Positions 61,058 to 64,000 of a DNA stretch of 64,000 nt are shown here, piece after piece. The notes under the pieces were generated by a model. The model had not been told where the DNA came from, made no database searches, and saw only the letters and a list, made by a program, of their open reading frames with translations. The number at the start of each line of letters is the position of its first letter. The first letter of the stretch is position 1. The DNA is from Candidatus Latescibacterota bacterium (GTDB taxonomy: Bacteria; Latescibacterota; UBA2968; UBA8231): the NCBI GenBank assembly GCA_965206595.1, contig OZ242214.1:2400001-2464000 (forward strand). Direction: 5' to 3'. A program made the translations under genes and the position numbers.

Positions 61058-61326
61058 CCGATGCGGTCTGTTTTGCGCCGATGCCGAACCGGTGCGCACC
61101 GGCGCCCCCTGCCATGCCGGCAGTGCGCTGGCGACGGTTGGTCAGCGCTATTCAGAAATATCGCCTGTCTCAACTGCAATTCCAGGTGCCGGGGAATGGG
61201 ATTCGAGGCGCAGGCGAGCATCGCAGGCAGTCGCCGGGGGTGCGACGGAGCCGAGGATGCGATGATTCGATGGCCGGGGGGTCCCATCCTTGAGGGATGT
61301 CCCGAGAGAACGCAAGGAGGGAGACC

Positions 61327-62227
61327 ATGTACTACCGACGTCCGCTGCACGTCCTCAGTGGGGTCTATCGCCCCCTGCCGGCACGGCGCTTCGTCATGAC
61401 GACGATGGGCGGGTACTGGCCGGTCATCCAGAAGCTGCACAACGGCCACCTCGGCGTCGTCACTCGAGACGGCGATTTCCACCTTGGAGAGCGGGGCCGC
61501 CTGGTCTTCGTCCATTCCCCGGACGGCGGGGAGTCGTGGAGCCGTTCCATGGCGATATCGGAAGAGGGATCCGACAACCGCAACCCCGCCTTCGGGGTCA
61601 CATCCCGGGGGACGCTGCTCGCCTCTTTCATCAAACAGGTGAACTACACGGACGGCGTGTACGACAGGGTCCATACGGTGCCGACCCCGCTGTACCTGGC
61701 GCGCTCCGAGGACCACGGGCAGACCTGGGCCACCGGGCTTGCCCAGGTCGAAGGCCACGACGAATTCATCGTCGAGTCCCCCTTCGGCAAGATGATCACC
61801 CGTGCCGACGGGGGCGTGATCATGCCCTTCTACCGGGACGGGGCCAGCGCTTTCATCACCTCGCGGGACGACGGACGGACGTGGAGCCCACCCAACCTCA
61901 TCGCGGACGGCGGCTACAACGAGACGGGCCTGTGCGACCTGGGCGGCGGCCGCTTCCTCGCCGTGTTCCGCGACGACGATCGGGGCGCGTTGTCGCAGTC
62001 CGTCTCCGGCGACGACGGCGCTACCTGGTCGGATCCGGTGCGGATTACCGAACCTGCAGAGCATCCGGGGCAGCGACCTAGGATACCCGAGCAGCATCCA
62101 GCGCGACGACGGCGCGGTCGTGACCGTCTACTACTCCGACCAGCTGCATATCCGCCGTGGACCGCACCCGGAAACCATCGGCATCCACGGCGCCGCGGTG
62201 ATTTACCGACCCGAAGACCTGCCATGA
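61327..62227 (+). pseudogene. Sialidase-like BNR protein with frameshift and probable internal deletion
   Basis: Asp-boxes up to PAEHPG; the C-terminus DLGYPSSIQRDDGAVVTVYY..EDLP* resumes in another frame at ~62075. Confidence 0.75.
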
Positions 62228-62243
62228 GAGGACTCGTGAATCG

Positions 62244-63272
62244 ATGAAAGCCCTCGTGAAAACCGCGGCAGGGGTCGGCAACGTCGATCTGCTGGATGTC
62301 CCGGAGCCGGCGCCGGAGTCCGGTCAACTCAAAATCGAAGTGATGGCCGCGGCGATCTGCGGCACGGATCTGCACATCCACGACGACGAATACCCGAACA
62401 ACCCGCCCTTCGTCCTGGGTCACGAGATGTCGGGCGTCGTCGTCGATGTGGGCGACGGCGTGACCGCCTTCAAGGTCGGCGACCGGGTGAGCTCCGAGAG
62501 TTTCCGGCATACCTGCGGGCAATGCCGGTTCTGCCGCAGCGGACTCATCGGACTCTGCATCGAGCGCCGCAGCATGGGCGTGCACGCCGACGGGGCCTTC
62601 GCCAGGTACGTGTGCCAGCGCGAGGAAAGCGTGCACAGGCTTCCGGCCAACGTCGACTTCGAAAGCGGCTCCCTGTGCGAGCCGACCGCGGTAGCGGTGC
62701 GTGCCGTGTACGAACGCGCCTCCGTATCCCCGGGCGATGTGGTCATGGTCTCGGGACCAGGGCCCGTCGGCCTGCTCTGCCTGCAGGCGGCCAGGGCACT
62801 CGGCGCCAAGGTCGTTCTGGTCGGAGCTCCCGGAGATGAAGCCCGCCTGGAGCTCGGGAAAGCACTGGGCGCCGACGCCGTCATTCAGGTGGGAACGGAC
62901 TCTTTCGATCAGCTGCAGGTCAGGACCGGCGGACTGGGAGCGGATATTGCGATCGAGTGCGGCGGGTCGCCGGCCTCGTTGCATCAGTGCATCGCCCAGG
63001 CTCGCAAGGGGGCGCAGCTGGTGCTGGTCGGCCTTTTCAGCGGCGATGTCGCGGTCGATCTCAACACCGCGATCATCAAGGAGCAGACCCTGCTCCCGAG
63101 CTTCACCTACGGGCACGAGACCTGGGAGCGGGCACTGCAGCTGCTCGGTGAGGGGAAGATCACGACTGCCCCGCTGATAAGCGGCCGTTTCCCGCTGGCC
63201 GAGTGGGAACAGGCATTCGCGAGCGTGCGTTCCCGGCGCGGGCACAAGTACCTGCTCCTGCCGGAGGCGTGA
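62244..63272 (+). CDS. Zn-dependent alcohol dehydrogenase (MDR family)
   Basis: ICGTDLH, GHE, CGQCRFC..C, GPGPVG. Confidence 0.95.
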   Translation: MKALVKTAAGVGNVDLLDVPEPAPESGQLKIEVMAAAICGTDLHIHDDEYPNNPPFVLGHEMSGVVVDVGDGVTAFKVGDRVSSESFRHTCGQCRFCRSGLIGLCIERRSMGVHADGAFARYVCQREESVHRLPANVDFESGSLCEPTAVAVRAVYERASVSPGDVVMVSGPGPVGLLCLQAARALGAKVVLVGAPGDEARLELGKALGADAVIQVGTDSFDQLQVRTGGLGADIAIECGGSPASLHQCIAQARKGAQLVLVGLFSGDVAVDLNTAIIKEQTLLPSFTYGHETWERALQLLGEGKITTAPLISGRFPLAEWEQAFASVRSRRGHKYLLLPEA

Positions 63273-63426
63273 ATTTCCGGCGCAAGTTATCCGTGGGACG
63301 CGGCTCTGTGAGGCTGTTCGACAGGGTTGGTCCGCTGCCTTCCGCCCCGGTCACCGACCCCCCAACCCGCCAAACCAGGCGCCGGCCTGTAGAACGACTT
63401 AGTCGGAATTCTATGCGAGGCGCCGA

Positions 63427-64000
63427 TCAGCGCTCGCGAACCAGCACCGCTCGCCCTTCGGTGAGTGCCCGTACCGCCCGCACGGCACCAGCCTTCATCA
63501 GGGCGGCATCCTCCTCGACGAGCAGCGCTTGCGTGCCGTCGACGCTCAGCTCCATCTCGCCTCCCGACACCAGCCAGTGTTCGTTCGCAGCCAGGGAGCC
63601 CTCGGCAGCCAGGGTCTCGCCGGCGTCGAAATGGATCTCGCGGAACTCGCTCAACGGACAGCGTTCCCCCAGGTCTGCAAGCGGTCCGCGATTCTCGACC
63701 CCCGGAACCACGAAGCCCTCCCCGGCCGGCACCGGCTCCCCCTCCTCCTCCACCAGGATGTGGGCGGCCCGCTTTCTGCCTTCCATCGGCGTTACGATCG
63801 CGGTGTTCTCGTAGGGCTCGAACATCTGGAAACGATGCACCACCCCCATCGGGGTGTAGACCATCGTGTTCGGAGTCACTTCCCGTTTTTGATCGCCGAC
63901 CCAGACCTCGCCGCGGCCGGAGCGGAACAGCCAGATCTCGTCGCCGTCGTGGTAGTGCGGCTCGACGCCGTGTCCCGGAGGGGCGGTCGTGAACAGGCGC
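63427..64000 (-). CDS. Cupin-domain protein, 5' end outside window
   Basis: EPHYHDGDEIW..VYTPMGVVH cupin metal-binding motifs. Confidence 0.8.
   Translation of the reverse strand, partial: RLFTTAPPGHGVEPHYHDGDEIWLFRSGRGEVWVGDQKREVTPNTMVYTPMGVVHRFQMFEPYENTAIVTPMEGRKRAAHILVEEEGEPVPAGEGFVVPGVENRGPLADLGERCPLSEFREIHFDAGETLAAEGSLAANEHWLVSGGEMELSVDGTQALLVEEDAALMKAGAVRAVRALTEGRAVLVRER

Overview
GC-rich bacterial window with no rRNA, tRNA or CRISPR array recognisable by eye. The gene content (seven PhyH dioxygenases, sialidase-like and enolase-superfamily enzymes, FlgD-Ig secreted proteins, secreted proteins ending in a 'TAVESVSWARIKASL' motif) resembles Latescibacterota/Poribacteria-like symbionts; this taxonomy is an inference. 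It carries three IS elements (IS1380, ISL3, IS66), an orphan type I methylase, two TA loci that have lost most of the toxin, and several deletion or frameshift pseudogenes. The most striking locus is a five-gene minus-strand cluster at 40.4-43.7 kb: FMN-binding CxxC protein, two redoxins, a TadV-like A24 peptidase and a 112-aa precursor. The precursor fuses an Flp-pilin-like leader to an 8-Cys defensin-like (CS-alpha-beta) peptide, and the candidate promoter has a C9 tract in its spacer. Also notable are a two-gene cassette flanked by a 162-bp duplication of the mlrC 3' end, and a decaying tandem array of secreted-protein genes sharing a hairpin and a near-identical 3' DNA motif.
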